Of a stretch of DNA of 64,000 nucleotides, positions 49,084 through 58,612 are shown piece after piece. Below the pieces are notes generated by a model. The model was not told the origin of the DNA. It saw only the letters and a list, made by a program, of their open reading frames with translations, and searched no databases. Source of the stretch: Alphaproteobacteria bacterium (GTDB lineage: Bacteria > Pseudomonadota > Alphaproteobacteria > Bin95); NCBI GenBank assembly GCA_022826185.1, contig JAJDVH010000153.1:5070-69069 (forward strand), in the 5' to 3' direction. Within the stretch, counting starts at the first letter, position 1. Every line of letters starts with the position of its first letter. The position numbers and the translations under genes are program-made.

Positions 49084-50088
49084 ATGAGCGGCTCCCGGCC
49101 CAATCTTGACCTCGAACGGCTGGCGGACCGGCATCGGCGGATGCACCGCATCCGCGCCTTCGAGGAGCAGGCCGTCGCTGCGCTGCAGGAAGGGCTGGTG
49201 TTGGGCGCCATACACCCCTCCATCGGGCAGGAGGCCTGTGCGGTGGGCGCGGTCGGGAGCCTCGCGCGCGAGGACCTGCTGCTCTCGACTCATCGCGGCC
49301 ACGGCCACACGCTGGAGAAGGGCGCCTCCGCGGTTGCGATGATGCGCGAGCTGTTCGGGCGCGAAGGCGGCAATTGCGGCGGCAAGGGCGGCTCCATGCA
49401 CATCGCCGACTTCTCGGTCGGGATGCTGGGCGCGAACGGGGTCGTCGGCGCCAACATCAACATCGCCGCAGGTGCTGCCCACGCGGTGCGGCTCAAGGGC
49501 GAGCGGCGCATCGTCTGTTGCATCTTCGGCGACTGCGCGGTCAATCGCGGACCTTTCCTGGAGGGGCTGAACTGGGCGCGGGTCTTCGACCTGCCGGTGC
49601 TGTTCGTCTGCGAGGACAACGCCTTCGCCGCCACCACCCGGACCGAGGCGATGACCGGCGGCCCCGGCCCGGCGGCGCGCGCCGAGGCGCTGGGGATTCC
49701 GGCCCGGGCCGTGGACGGCAACGATGTGGACCTCGTGGCGGAGGTGACGACGGAGCTGCGCGGGCGGATCCTCGACGGCGGCGGCCCGCAATTCCTCTGG
49801 GCGAAGACCTGGCGGCTGACGGGCCACACGGCCGTGGACAAGGCCGCCTACCGCGATGCCGGGGAGGTCGAGGAGCGCTGGAAGGACGACCCGATCGCCC
49901 GCGCCGCGGAGACCTTGCGGGCGCATGGCGTCGCCGATGAGACGCTTGCCGGCCACCGGGAAGCCGCCGTCGGGGAGATGCAGGCTGCCTTCGAGGAGGC
50001 GAAGGCCGCGCCCTGGCCGGAAGACGGTGCGCTCTACGCCGACGTGCAGGATATCGGCGACCCGCGCGAGGCGGCGTTCCGATGGTGA
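49084..50088 (+). CDS. TPP-dependent 2-oxoacid dehydrogenase E1 component, alpha subunit (pyruvate/acetoin dehydrogenase-like)
   Basis: 334 aa with a TPP-binding motif (GDCAVNRG…N). Confidence 0.85.
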   Translation: MSGSRPNLDLERLADRHRRMHRIRAFEEQAVAALQEGLVLGAIHPSIGQEACAVGAVGSLAREDLLLSTHRGHGHTLEKGASAVAMMRELFGREGGNCGGKGGSMHIADFSVGMLGANGVVGANINIAAGAAHAVRLKGERRIVCCIFGDCAVNRGPFLEGLNWARVFDLPVLFVCEDNAFAATTRTEAMTGGPGPAARAEALGIPARAVDGNDVDLVAEVTTELRGRILDGGGPQFLWAKTWRLTGHTAVDKAAYRDAGEVEERWKDDPIARAAETLRAHGVADETLAGHREAAVGEMQAAFEEAKAAPWPEDGALYADVQDIGDPREAAFRW

Positions 50089-51050
50089 AGACGAGCTACA
50101 TGGAAGCCGGCAAGCGGGCGCTGGCCGAGGAGATGCGCCGCGACCCGACGGTGTGGGCGGTCGGCGAGGACCTCGGGCGCGGCGGCGTGTTCGGGCAGTA
50201 TGCCGGCATGGTCGAGGAATTCGGCCCGCTCCGGATTTCGGACGCGCCGATTTCAGAGGCGGCGATCCTCGGCTCCGCCGTCGGCGCGGCGCTGGCGGGG
50301 ACGCGCCCGGTGGTGGAGATGCGCTTCGCCGACTTCGCGCTCTGCGCCGTGGACGAGCTGGTGAACCAGGCGGCCAAGGCCCGCTACATGTTCGGCGGGC
50401 AGGGCGGCGTGCCGCTTGTGGTGCGCGAGCCGATGGGCATGTGGCGGTCCTCCGCCGCGCAGCACTCGCAGTCGCTGGAAGCCTGGTATGTGCATATTCC
50501 GGGCCTGACGGTGGTCGCCCCGGCGACGCCGGGGGACAATCTGCGCCTGCTGAAGGCGGCGATCCGCAGCGACGATCCGGTGGTCTATATGGAGCACAAG
50601 GACCTGTGGGGGATCGAGGAGGAGCTCGGCGAGGACGAGCCGCCGGGCGCGCTCGGCAGCGCGCGGATCGTCCGGGAAGGCGATGACGCCACGGTGGTCT
50701 CATGGTCTGCCATGGTTCGCAATGCCGCCGCTGCGGCCGAGCAGCTGGCCGAGGAAGGCGTGTCGGTGGAGGTGATCGACCTGCGCACGCTCTGGCCCTG
50801 GGACCGCGGCGCGGTGCTGGAGTCCGTGCGCAGGACCGGACGGCTGGTCGTGGCGCAGGAGGCGGTCTCGGTGGGCGGTTTCGGAGCCGAGGTCGCTGCG
50901 ACCGTCTCGGAGGCGCATTTCGGCAACCTGAAAGCGCCCGTGAAGCGCCTCGGCGCGCCGCGCATCCCGATTCCCTATGCAAAGCCGCTCGAAGACATGC
51001 TGCGCGTGGGCCCGGACGCGATTGCGGACGCGGTTCGCGCGCAGTTGTGA
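50082..51050 (+). CDS. 2-oxoacid dehydrogenase E1 component, beta subunit (transketolase-like)
   Basis: 322 aa. Overlaps the alpha-subunit stop. Confidence 0.85.
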   Translation: MVKTSYMEAGKRALAEEMRRDPTVWAVGEDLGRGGVFGQYAGMVEEFGPLRISDAPISEAAILGSAVGAALAGTRPVVEMRFADFALCAVDELVNQAAKARYMFGGQGGVPLVVREPMGMWRSSAAQHSQSLEAWYVHIPGLTVVAPATPGDNLRLLKAAIRSDDPVVYMEHKDLWGIEEELGEDEPPGALGSARIVREGDDATVVSWSAMVRNAAAAAEQLAEEGVSVEVIDLRTLWPWDRGAVLESVRRTGRLVVAQEAVSVGGFGAEVAATVSEAHFGNLKAPVKRLGAPRIPIPYAKPLEDMLRVGPDAIADAVRAQL

Positions 51051-51076
51051 GCTTTTTTCCAAGAGGACTTGAAGCG

Positions 51077-51583
51077 ATGACCGATTGGCAGGAGGACCTT
51101 TACCGGGTCCTCAAGGAGTTCGAGGTCAGCCAGGTGAGCTATGTGCCGGATGCCGGCCACCGGGTGCTGATCGACATGTCGCTAGCCGACCCGGAGGTGC
51201 ATTCCGTGCCGCTGACGACGGAGGAAGAGGGCATCGCCATGCTGGCCGGCGCCCATCTGGGCGGCGCGCGCGGCGTCGCGGCCATGCAGTCCTCGGGCAT
51301 CGGCAATTGCGTCAACATGTTCTCGCTGGTGAAGAACGGCCTGTTCCCGATGCTGGTGCTGGTGTCGATGCGCGGCGACTTCGGCGAGGGCAATCCCTGG
51401 CAGATGCCGATGGGGCAGGCGGTCGAGCCGGTGATGGAGGCGATGGGCTTCATCACCGTGCGGATCGACCGGCCCGAGGATGTCGAGGGCGCAATGCGGG
51501 CGGCCTGCACCATGGTGTTCAAGTCGGGGCAGGCGGTGGGCGTGCTTCTCACCCAGAAATTGATCGGTGCAAAAGCATTTTAA
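51077..51583 (+). CDS. Sulfopyruvate/phosphonopyruvate decarboxylase-like alpha subunit (ComD-like TPP-enzyme N-terminal half)
   Basis: 168 aa, start at ATG 51077. Pyr-binding domain of split TPP decarboxylases. Confidence 0.6.
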   Translation: MTDWQEDLYRVLKEFEVSQVSYVPDAGHRVLIDMSLADPEVHSVPLTTEEEGIAMLAGAHLGGARGVAAMQSSGIGNCVNMFSLVKNGLFPMLVLVSMRGDFGEGNPWQMPMGQAVEPVMEAMGFITVRIDRPEDVEGAMRAACTMVFKSGQAVGVLLTQKLIGAKAF

Positions 51584-51601
51584 GCGAGGGAAATTGAAGC
51601 G

Positions 51602-52228
51602 ATGAATGAAGCATTCAGGGCCGGGACCGCGGCCGATATGAGCCCCGTCGGCACGCTCGACAGGCGCGAGGCCGTGCCCGCGCTGGTGGGCAATCCGCAG
51701 GACTGGCTGATCGTCGCGGGCCTTGCCGGCACGGCGAAGGACACGGCCGCCATGTGCGAGCCGGAGGCCAACTATTTCGCCTGCGCGGGCGTCATGGGCG
51801 GGGCTGTCGCCATGGGGCTCGGACTGGCGCTCGCGCGGCCTGACCGCAGCGTGCTGGTGCTGACGGGCGACGGCGAGCTGCTGATGAATGTGGGCTCGCT
51901 TGCGACCGTCGCGATCCTGAACCCGCCCAACCTCTCCATCGTCTGCGTCGATAACGGCCATTACGGCGAGACGGGCTACCAGAAGAGCCACACCTCGCTG
52001 GGCGTGGATCTTGCCGCAATGGCGTCCGGGGCCGGCATCACGGCGGTCCGCTCGGTATCCGAAACGCACGAGATCGAAGAGGCCGGACGGTTGCTGCGCG
52101 AAGCCAACGGCGCGTCGTTCGTGCTGCTGAAGATTACCCCGGACGCGCCGCCGCCCGTCATCAGGCGCTCCCTGGATGCGGCCTTCGCCAAGGACCGCTT
52201 CCGCACCGCAACGCTCCCGGCAGGGTAA
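51602..52228 (+). CDS. Sulfopyruvate/phosphonopyruvate decarboxylase-like beta subunit (ComE-like TPP-binding half)
   Basis: 208 aa with a GDGxxxMN…N TPP-binding motif (LTGDGELLMNVGSL…VDNG). Confidence 0.6.
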   Translation: MNEAFRAGTAADMSPVGTLDRREAVPALVGNPQDWLIVAGLAGTAKDTAAMCEPEANYFACAGVMGGAVAMGLGLALARPDRSVLVLTGDGELLMNVGSLATVAILNPPNLSIVCVDNGHYGETGYQKSHTSLGVDLAAMASGAGITAVRSVSETHEIEEAGRLLREANGASFVLLKITPDAPPPVIRRSLDAAFAKDRFRTATLPAG

Positions 52229-52290
52229 GGCCCCGGCGACTCATACCTGCGGCATCGACTTCAGACCCATGTGAAGATCATGGCCCATAT

Positions 52291-52320
52291 CGTCACCCCG
52301 GCCCCCGAGCCGGGGTCCAT
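52291..52320. repeat. Single REP-like hairpin unit (cgtcaccccggcccccgagccggggtcca) in a convergent intergenic region
   Basis: Same GTCACCCCGG…CCGGGGTCCA ends as the units at 48921-49047, with a different loop. Confidence 0.6.
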
Positions 52321-52465
52321 CCCTGACTCGGGCCACCGCCGCAGCCGGAGAAGAACAAGTTGGACCGCTGAAGCTGCCGCCAGAACCGTGGCTGGGCCCC
52401 GGCTCGGGGGCCGGGGCGACGGTGGAGGTCGCTCGGCCATCGGTTCCGGTCAACGACCGTTGGTA

Positions 52466-54535
52466 TCAGGGATCGTTCGACCGGTCCGGTTGCCGGGCTC
52501 CGGTGCTTCCGGTGATCCTGGGCCGGAACGGGTAGGGCGTTTTCCGGGTCCCGATGCCGGGAAGCGGGCGCACCGGCGCGCCTTCATGCGCCGCCGCCAT
52601 GAAATCGTGCCAGATGCGCGCCGGCAGCCCGCCGCCCGTGACCTCGTCCATCGGCGCGCCGTCATCGTTGCCGACCCAAACGCCGGCCACGAGGTTCCCC
52701 GTGAAGCCCACGAAAAAGGCGTCGCGGAAGGACTGGCTGGTGCCCGTCTTGCCGGCGGCGGGGCGGTCGGAGAGCCGGGCCGCCTTGCCGGTTCCCTGCT
52801 TCACGACGGCGGTCAGCAGGTCGTTCATGGATGCCACCACGCCGGGAGCCACGGCTTCCCCCGCGCCGGTGCCCGCCCGCTGGAACACGCCCGCAATCTC
52901 CCGGACGCCGTAGGGGATGACGCCGCGCCCGCCATTGGCGAAGGCGGCGTAGGCCCCCGTCAGTTCGATCAGCCTCACCCCGCTGGAGCCGAGCGCGATG
53001 GTGAGGTCGGGCGCCAGGTCCGAGGTGATGCCGAGACGGCGGGCTGCGTCTGCGACGCGGGCGCGTCCGGCCCGGTCGGCGAGACGGACGGCGGCGGCGT
53101 TCAGGGACCGGGCGAAGGCCTCCCGCATGGTGACGGAGCCCCGGAAGCGACCGTCGAAGTTCTTCGGCGCCCAGCCGCCCACATTGACGCGCGCATCGGT
53201 CACGATGTCGTCCGGCTCCAGGCCGCGCTCCAGGGCCGCTAGGTAAACGAACAGCTTGAAGGCGGACCCCGGCTGGCGAAGCGCCTGCGTCGCGCGGTTG
53301 AACTGGCTTTCGCCGTAATCCCTGCCGCCCACCATCGCCCGCACCGCGCCGTCCGGGGCCATCGCGACCAGCGCGGCCTGCGACGGGTTCGTCTTGCCTG
53401 CCAGCGCGGCGGCGACCGTCTCGGCTGCGAGCCACTGCAGGCCGGGGTCGAAGGTCGTGGCGATGCGCAGGTCCCGGTCCACCAGGCCCATGCGCCGGTG
53501 GACCTGCGCCAGCACCCAGTCGGCGAAATAGCCGCGCCCGTCCGGCGCCGTCCTGGTCCGCAAGGCGGAGCCTGCCGCCGCCTGCGCCTGCTCGGCCGAG
53601 ATGAAGCCGGACTCCGCCATCGCCTTCAGCACAAGCCGGGCCCGCTCGCCGGCGCCTCCGGGATTGGCGACAGGCGACAACCGGCTCGGCGCCTTCAGCA
53701 GGCCGGCCAACACGGCGGCTTCCCAGAGGTCGACTTCGGCCGCCGGCTTGGAGAAGAAGCGCCGTGCAGCGGCATCGATGCCATAGGCCCCGGAGCCGAA
53801 ATAGGCGCGGTTCAGGTAGAGCGAAATGATGTGGTTCTTGTCGTAGCGCCACTCCAGCCAGAAGGCGAGAAGGGCCTCGCGGATTTTCCTCTCGATGGAC
53901 CGTTCGGGCGTGAGGAAGACATTTTTCGCAAGTTGCTGGGTGATCGTGCTGCCGCCCTGGCGCACGCCGCCCTCGACGATGTTGACCCAGAGCGCCCGCG
54001 CCAGGCCGATCGGGTCGATGCCGCCATGCTCCAAGAAGCGCCGGTCCTCGATGGCTATGACGGCGCGCGGCACATAGGCAGGCAGCCGCGCCGCATCCAC
54101 CGGGTCGCCGTAAAGGTCGCCCTTTGCAAGCACCGGATTGCCGTCCACATCGTTGAGGAAGATGCCCGGCCGCCGCCCGCTTTCCGCGACGCGGTCGACA
54201 TCGGGCAATGTGTAGGAAAAATAGGCCAGCGCCACGATGAGGGCGACCAGCCCCCACACGCAGACGACCGCAATTCCGGAAACGAGGCGCCGCAGCACGG
54301 ACCGGCGCGCGGCGGACCCTCCACCGGCTCTTCGTCTCCTGCCACGGGTCGGGCGCGGCGGCTTCCGCTTGGACGCCGCTTTGCCGGCAGCCCGGCCCGT
54401 AAGCGCCCGGCCCGGCGAAATCGGCGTTTTGGCTGCCGACTTTGTCTCTTCGTCGGTTCCCTTGCGCAGCCGCGGACCGCCTCGGCGGCGCTGCCGCCCG
54501 GTTCCCTTGCCTGTCCTGTCGCCCTGGCGCGCCAT
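52466..54535 (-). CDS. Penicillin-binding protein 1A family (bifunctional glycosyltransferase/transpeptidase) with an Arg/Lys-rich cytoplasmic N-terminal tail
   Basis: GT51 motifs (EDRRFLEHGGID, GGSTITQQL) and transpeptidase motifs (SAFK, SLN, KTGT). Start placed at ATG 54535; the upstream part of the ORF-track ORF is rejected. Confidence 0.8.
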   Translation of the reverse strand: MARQGDRTGKGTGRQRRRGGPRLRKGTDEETKSAAKTPISPGRALTGRAAGKAASKRKPPRPTRGRRRRAGGGSAARRSVLRRLVSGIAVVCVWGLVALIVALAYFSYTLPDVDRVAESGRRPGIFLNDVDGNPVLAKGDLYGDPVDAARLPAYVPRAVIAIEDRRFLEHGGIDPIGLARALWVNIVEGGVRQGGSTITQQLAKNVFLTPERSIERKIREALLAFWLEWRYDKNHIISLYLNRAYFGSGAYGIDAAARRFFSKPAAEVDLWEAAVLAGLLKAPSRLSPVANPGGAGERARLVLKAMAESGFISAEQAQAAAGSALRTRTAPDGRGYFADWVLAQVHRRMGLVDRDLRIATTFDPGLQWLAAETVAAALAGKTNPSQAALVAMAPDGAVRAMVGGRDYGESQFNRATQALRQPGSAFKLFVYLAALERGLEPDDIVTDARVNVGGWAPKNFDGRFRGSVTMREAFARSLNAAAVRLADRAGRARVADAARRLGITSDLAPDLTIALGSSGVRLIELTGAYAAFANGGRGVIPYGVREIAGVFQRAGTGAGEAVAPGVVASMNDLLTAVVKQGTGKAARLSDRPAAGKTGTSQSFRDAFFVGFTGNLVAGVWVGNDDGAPMDEVTGGGLPARIWHDFMAAAHEGAPVRPLPGIGTRKTPYPFRPRITGSTGARQPDRSNDP

Positions 54536-54567
54536 CGCGCCATATAGGCTGAAGGCCGGGCGTAATT

Positions 54568-55818
54568 CTAGGTTCTTGCGCGGTGGGCCTGGCTTCGCGG
54601 CAGGATCAGCAGGTTGCCGATGAGCTGCATGCCCTTGTCGTCTTCGGCGGCCGCGCGTTCGCGCAGCGCAAGCAGCGCCCTGCCGGCGGCCGTCTCGCCC
54701 CAGAACCAGTCGGAGAGGTCCTGTGAGGCCGCCCCTCCGGGCTGCGCCGTGGCGGCTTCCGTGTAGAAGGCCATCAGGTCGTCGCAGGCCAGTTTCAGGG
54801 AACGCGATAGCTTCCGCTCGGGACCCGGATCCTTCGGCTCCCCGCCGTCGGCGTAGCGGCTGACGATCCGCGCGGCGTCCTCGATATCGTAGCCGCTGGC
54901 GCCGACGGTCGTGCGTCCGCGCCGGTCCTTCGCCGCGTCCCACCAGGGCCGCAGCCGGGCGATTTCGTCCGCGACCAGGCGCTCGAGGCTGCCGGCCGAG
55001 GCCGCGTCCGGTCGCGGAAGGGACACGGGACAGGCCCAGCCGTCGTAATCCGCCGGCTCCGGCGCGGGGTCGGGAAACTCCTCCAGCACGGGGCCGGCAG
55101 GCCGGTCCAGCAGGTCGAGGGCGGCCCGCAGCACACGGAGCTGGAATGCCGGGTCGTCGGGCGCGCCGAGCGGCCTGCCGAGCTCGAACGGCACCGACAG
55201 CGTGCGCGGATTGGCGATCGCCTCGGCGTGTTCGTGAACCAGGGCAATGACCACCGTGGCAATGCCCTTGCGCTCCAGATAGTGGGCGAGCGCGCACACG
55301 GCGCGCGTGCAGTTCGGTCAGACGGGGACCAGCAGCGCCGTATCGACGCCTTCGGCCTGCATGGCCGCCGCGACATCCTCCGCGAAGGGCTGCATCGGCG
55401 CGGGGTCGCTCGCGCCCATGAAGGAATAATGGTGGGCCGCAACGCCGCCGATCTCGCCGCTGGCGGCCATCTCGTTCAGGCGCTCGACCGGATAGACGAT
55501 GTTGAGGTCCTGCTGGAAGCCGGTCCGGTCGTAATTGACCGAGATATGACTCATCACGATGTCGTTGGCGTCGGCATCGGCCGGCAGCACCCGGTAATCG
55601 ACGGCTCCCGGGCCGAACGGGTGGTCTCCCCGCCTGCCGAGCCCGGCGGAGGAAACGACCGCAACCCGGCGTTCGGACAAGGGCGGCCCGAGCACGAATG
55701 CGCCGCCCTCCATTTCGGGAAGCGGCAGGCGGGCGAGATGCCGGGCCACGCTCTCCGGCATGTCGGCGTAACGGGTCATGGACGCTCCTTGCGGAATCTG
55801 CGGCGATGCGCGAAACAA
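54568..55818 (-). CDS. Glycine/betaine/sarcosine/D-proline reductase selenoprotein-B-family protein with an in-frame TGA (candidate selenocysteine, U-P-N-C motif)
   Basis: ORFs 55318-55818 and 54568-55299 are in the same frame, separated only by TGA at 55318-55320 plus 7 codons. Read-through gives …ALLVPV-U-PNCTRAVCALAHYLERKG…, one continuous ~416-aa protein of this family. Confidence 0.6.
55290..55306 (-). promoter_or_regulatory. Candidate bacterial SECIS-like hairpin: GCGCGC-CGUGU-GCGCGC, starting 11 nt 3' of the in-frame UGA
   Basis: mRNA reads UGA CCGAACUGCAC GCGCGC CGUGU GCGCGC UCGCC. Six-bp GC stem with a GU-containing loop. Confidence 0.35.
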
Positions 55819-55847
55819 CGGGACGACGCTACATAGAGTGAGGCGAG

Positions 55848-56828
55848 ATGCAGGTCAAAGCCATACAGATCGACAGGCCCGGCCCCCCGTCGGCGATGGA
55901 GTTCCGCACGGTGACGGTCGGCGAGCCCGGCCCCGGCGAAGCCCTTATCCGGCACACGGCAATCGGTTTGAACTACATCGACACTTACCACCGGTCCGGC
56001 CTTTACGACCTGTCCATGCCGAGCGGGCTCGGCAGCGAGGGAGCGGGCGTCGTCGAAGCGGTCGGGGAGGGTGTCGACCATGTTCGGCCGGGCGACAGGG
56101 CCGCCTATGCAGGCGGCGCCCCCGGTTCCTATTCGGAAGCGCGCACAATGCCCGCCGACCGGCTGGTGAAGCTGCCGGACGAAATCGACGACAGGCAGGC
56201 CGCAGCCATGATGCTGAAAGGCATGACCGTCGAATACCTGCTGAACCGCACCTTCAAGGTGTCGGCGGGCCAGACCATCCTGTTCCATGCCGCGGCCGGC
56301 GGTGTCGGCCTGATCGCTGGCCAGTGGGCCAGCGCGCTCGGCGCGACCGTGATCGGCACGGCGGGCGGACCCGAGAAGTGCGCCCTCGCGGCGAAATACG
56401 GCTACGACCGCATGATCGACTACACGCAGGGCGGCATTGCGCGGCAGGTTCGCGAGTTGACCGGCGGGGCCGGCGTTCCGGTCGTCTATGACAGCGTCGG
56501 CAAGGCGACCTGGGAGGAATCGCTGGATTGCCTCGCGCCGCGCGGGGTGATGGTGTCGTTCGGCAATGCGTCCGGCCCGGCTCCGTCCTTTGCGCCCGGC
56601 ATTCTCGGGGCCAAGGGTTCGCTTTACCTGACCCGCCCGTCCCTCGTGCACTACACACTGACACAGCCGGAGGTGCAGGCGTCGGCCGATGCGCTGTTCG
56701 GCATGGTGATGTCGGGGAAGGTCAGGATCGAGGTGAACCAGACCTATGCGCTCGCCGACGCCAGGAAGGCGCATAAGGACCTGGAGGGACGCCGGACCAC
56801 CGGGTCGACCGTCCTGCTGGTGGAGTGA
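55848..56828 (+). CDS. NADPH:quinone oxidoreductase (MDR superfamily, Qor-like)
   Basis: 326 aa with a Rossmann motif (AAGGVGL). Start MQVKAIQIDRPG. Confidence 0.85.
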   Translation: MQVKAIQIDRPGPPSAMEFRTVTVGEPGPGEALIRHTAIGLNYIDTYHRSGLYDLSMPSGLGSEGAGVVEAVGEGVDHVRPGDRAAYAGGAPGSYSEARTMPADRLVKLPDEIDDRQAAAMMLKGMTVEYLLNRTFKVSAGQTILFHAAAGGVGLIAGQWASALGATVIGTAGGPEKCALAAKYGYDRMIDYTQGGIARQVRELTGGAGVPVVYDSVGKATWEESLDCLAPRGVMVSFGNASGPAPSFAPGILGAKGSLYLTRPSLVHYTLTQPEVQASADALFGMVMSGKVRIEVNQTYALADARKAHKDLEGRRTTGSTVLLVE

Positions 56829-56835
56829 CCGCACG

Positions 56836-57624
56836 ATGTCCGCAGACACGATCCTCTACGAGGTCCGCGACGGCCTCGCCCATGTGACCCTCAACCGTCC
56901 TGACGCCGCCAACGCCTTCGATCTGGACTTCGTCCGGGCGTTTCATCGCACCATGATCGACTGCGACAAGAACAAGGCCGTGCGGGCGGTGTTGCTGACG
57001 GGCGCCGGCAAGATGTTCAGCGCCGGCGGCGATCTCAAATTCTTCCTGCAGGCGGGCGACAGGGTGGCATCCGTTCTGGCGGAGATGACGACCAGCCTCC
57101 ATACCGCGATTGCGGTGATGAACAGGATGGACGCCCCGGTCGTGATCGCCGTCAACGGCATGGCGGCCGGCGGCGGGATGTCGCTGGCCTTGACGGGCGA
57201 TGTCGTCTTTGCGGGCGAAAGCGCCCGGTTCACCATGGCCTATACCGCGGGCGGCCTCTCGCCGGACGGCAGTTCCACCTGGTTCCTGCCCCGGCTGGTC
57301 GGTTTCCGGCGCGCGAAGGAGTTGGCGCTGACGAACAGGATGCTGGGCGCCGCCGAAGCGATGGAACTCGGCATCGTCGACCGCGTGGTTCCGGACGATG
57401 ACCTGATGGCGGAGGCGGAAAAGCAGGCGCGCGCCTTCGCCGAAGGGCCGACCGGGGCCTACGGCGCGGTCAAGCGGCTGATGATGGAGAGCTTCCAGAA
57501 CGGTCTCGAAACGCAGATGGAGCTCGAGTCCCGTTCCATCGCCGCCCGCGCGTCCAGCGCCGACGGGCGCGAAGGCGTCGGCGCCTTCGCCGAGAAACGC
57601 AAGCCGGTCTTTTCCGGGGAATAA
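56836..57624 (+). CDS. Enoyl-CoA hydratase/isomerase (crotonase) family protein
   Basis: Start at ATG 56836 (MSADTILYEVRDGLAHVTLNRPDAANAF). Oxyanion-hole motifs. Confidence 0.85.
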   Translation: MSADTILYEVRDGLAHVTLNRPDAANAFDLDFVRAFHRTMIDCDKNKAVRAVLLTGAGKMFSAGGDLKFFLQAGDRVASVLAEMTTSLHTAIAVMNRMDAPVVIAVNGMAAGGGMSLALTGDVVFAGESARFTMAYTAGGLSPDGSSTWFLPRLVGFRRAKELALTNRMLGAAEAMELGIVDRVVPDDDLMAEAEKQARAFAEGPTGAYGAVKRLMMESFQNGLETQMELESRSIAARASSADGREGVGAFAEKRKPVFSGE

Positions 57625-57630
57625 CCGTCC

Positions 57631-58509
57631 ATGAACGCCGCCGAGCTGCCGAAGTCCTTCGTCGAGGTGAAGGGCAAGCGAATGGCCTATGTCGAAATGG
57701 GGGAGGGCGACCCCGTCGTCTTCCTCCACGGCAATCCGACGTCCTCCTATCTCTGGCGCAACATCATGCCGCACGTCTCGGGCCAGGCCCGCTGTCTGGC
57801 GCCCGACCTGATCGGCATGGGCGACAGCGACAAGCTCGGCGATCCCGGGCCCGGCAGCTACCGCTTCGTCGAGCACCGCGAATATCTGGACGGCTTCCTC
57901 GATGCCGTCGGCCTGGGCGGCAACGCCGTTTTCGTCATCCATGACTGGGGGTCGGCGCTCGGTTTCGACTGGGGCAACCGGCACCGCGACCGCGTGAAGG
58001 GCTTCTGCTACATGGAGGCGCTTGTCCGGCCGGTGACCTGGGATGAATGGCCGGAAGCGGCAAAGGCCGTGTTCCAGGGCTTCCGTTCTCCGGCGGGCGA
58101 AGGGATGGTGCTGGAGAAGAACGTGTTCGTCGAGCGCGTGCTGCCCGGCTCGATCCTGCGAAAGATATCCGAGGAGGAAATGGCGGTTTACCGCCGGCCC
58201 TTTGCGGAAGCCGGCGAAGACCGCCGCCCGACGCTGACATGGCCGCGCGAGATTCCGATCTCCGGCGAGCCTGCCGATGTGGTCGAGATCGTCGGCGCCT
58301 ATTCGGAGTGGCTGGCGGCTTCGGATGTCGCAAAGCTGTTTATCGACGCCGAACCCGGCGCCATCCTGACCGGCCCGCAAAGGGAGTTCTGCCTTCACTG
58401 GCCCAACCAGACCGTGGCGAAGGTCAAGGGAAGTCACTTCATCCAGGAAGACTCTCCCGACGAGATCGGCAGGGCGCTCTCGGACTGGTTGCACGGCTTG
58501 CCGCGCTAA
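57631..58509 (+). CDS. Haloalkane dehalogenase (alpha/beta hydrolase, HLD family)
   Basis: [14 protein letters not shown] and a nucleophile elbow (HDWGS). Confidence 0.8.
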   Translation: MNAAELPKSFVEVKGKRMAYVEMGEGDPVVFLHGNPTSSYLWRNIMPHVSGQARCLAPDLIGMGDSDKLGDPGPGSYRFVEHREYLDGFLDAVGLGGNAVFVIHDWGSALGFDWGNRHRDRVKGFCYMEALVRPVTWDEWPEAAKAVFQGFRSPAGEGMVLEKNVFVERVLPGSILRKISEEEMAVYRRPFAEAGEDRRPTLTWPREIPISGEPADVVEIVGAYSEWLAASDVAKLFIDAEPGAILTGPQREFCLHWPNQTVAKVKGSHFIQEDSPDEIGRALSDWLHGLPR

Positions 58510-58540
58510 TTTGTCGCGATAATGCGAAGCACTCGCACCT

Positions 58541-58593
58541 TGCGCAAGTGACTTGACCTTCCTTTTATTGCGAATGAATATCAATCGCGCAAT
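58541..58593. promoter_or_regulatory. Candidate operator palindromes upstream of the Fe3+ binding-protein gene: CTTGCGCAAG (perfect 10-bp) and ATTGCG-N15-CGCAAT
   Basis: Located -70 to -20 relative to ATG 58613. Symmetry is visible in the sequence; the cognate regulator is unknown. Confidence 0.3.
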
Positions 58594-58612
58594 GAAAGGA
58601 AGGGAGGGCTCC

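Noticed and set aside
55297-55320. Interpreting the split 55318-55818 / 54568-55299 ORFs as two separate genes or a simple pseudogene
   Set aside because: Same frame, single TGA, UxxC context, and a family known to contain Sec. Kept as a selenoprotein candidate, though pseudogenisation cannot be excluded from sequence alone.
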